A stretch of 60,325 bases of DNA, filler included, from Sphacelaria rigidula (lineage: Eukaryota), in assembly GCA_964200075.2 (NCBI GenBank). It is 4 parts of 4 records of this genome, joined end to end, with 100 filler letters (N's around TTAATTAATTAA, not from the genome) between each part and the next. Parts side by side here need not be neighbours in the genome. Positions count along the whole stretch, not along the records: positions 45,321 to 60,325 come from CAXNAA020001947.1; 3 more parts are not named here. The stretch is one strand, 5' to 3'. This document shows positions 60,006-60,325 of this stretch, piece after piece (the stretch's first letter is position 1; each line of letters begins with the position of its first letter). The translations under genes were made by a program, and so were the position numbers. The notes under the pieces were generated by a model. The model saw only the letters and a list, made by a program, of their open reading frames with translations, searched no databases and was not told the DNA's origin.

Positions 60006-60167
60006 GTGCTTAGAGGACCGCGCCGTAGTTAAAAACACCGCAGGATCGATGTTTTCAAAACCAATCGGGCCAGTCCCTGCAGGTACCACGCCCCGGACCA
60101 TAACCCCAACACTAACCCTAACCCTAACGATGGGGATGTTCAAATTCCGATGCGGTCCTCTAAGCAC
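60006..60167. mobile_element. Short MITE with 16-bp TIRs and internal telomere-like repeats
   Basis: GTGCTTAGAGGACCGC pairs with GCGGTCCTCTAAGCAC; internal CTAACCCTAACCCTAAC. Confidence 0.7.
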
Positions 60168-60325
60168 CTGGCCCTCTCACGCATTACAGTGGCGCTCCCT
60201 TGTGTTGTGATGTGCGGTGCCTTGGCATAATCTTCTTTCGAGGATGGAATATGTACAGTGTATAATAGTCTCCGTTCCCCGTCCTCCGACGAAGGCCATG
60301 ACCGGTCTTGTCGGGACGGCGTGGG

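Overview
Eukaryotic, intron-rich and transposon-rich DNA; gene structure and repeat content suggest a brown alga or related stramenopile (inference). The window is not one locus. It is four contigs of 15007, 15007, 15006 and 15005 bp (1-15007, 15108-30114, 30215-45220, 45321-60325) joined by artificial N44-TTAATTAATTAA-N44 spacers. Contig 1 holds an ~11 kb region bounded by ~1 kb diverged inverted repeats. That region contains a decayed Ty1/copia element (itself interrupted by a MITE with a 4-bp TSD) and a 250-aa ORF ending in a UIM-like helix, followed by possible frameshifted OTU-protease motifs. Contig 2 holds two head-to-head partial genes: an acidic Gly-rich N-terminus (possibly clathrin light chain) and a NIPA-type Mg2+ transporter with a ~480-aa loop after its first TM helix. 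Contig 3 holds the last five exons of a HADHB-type thiolase on the minus strand. Contig 4 holds nine exons of the flagellar dynein assembly factor DAW1/ODA16. Introns contain hAT-type MITEs with 8-bp TSDs, foldbacks, tRNA-headed SINEs and (TCAA)n-tailed retroelement ends. All calls were made by eye; no database searches were run.
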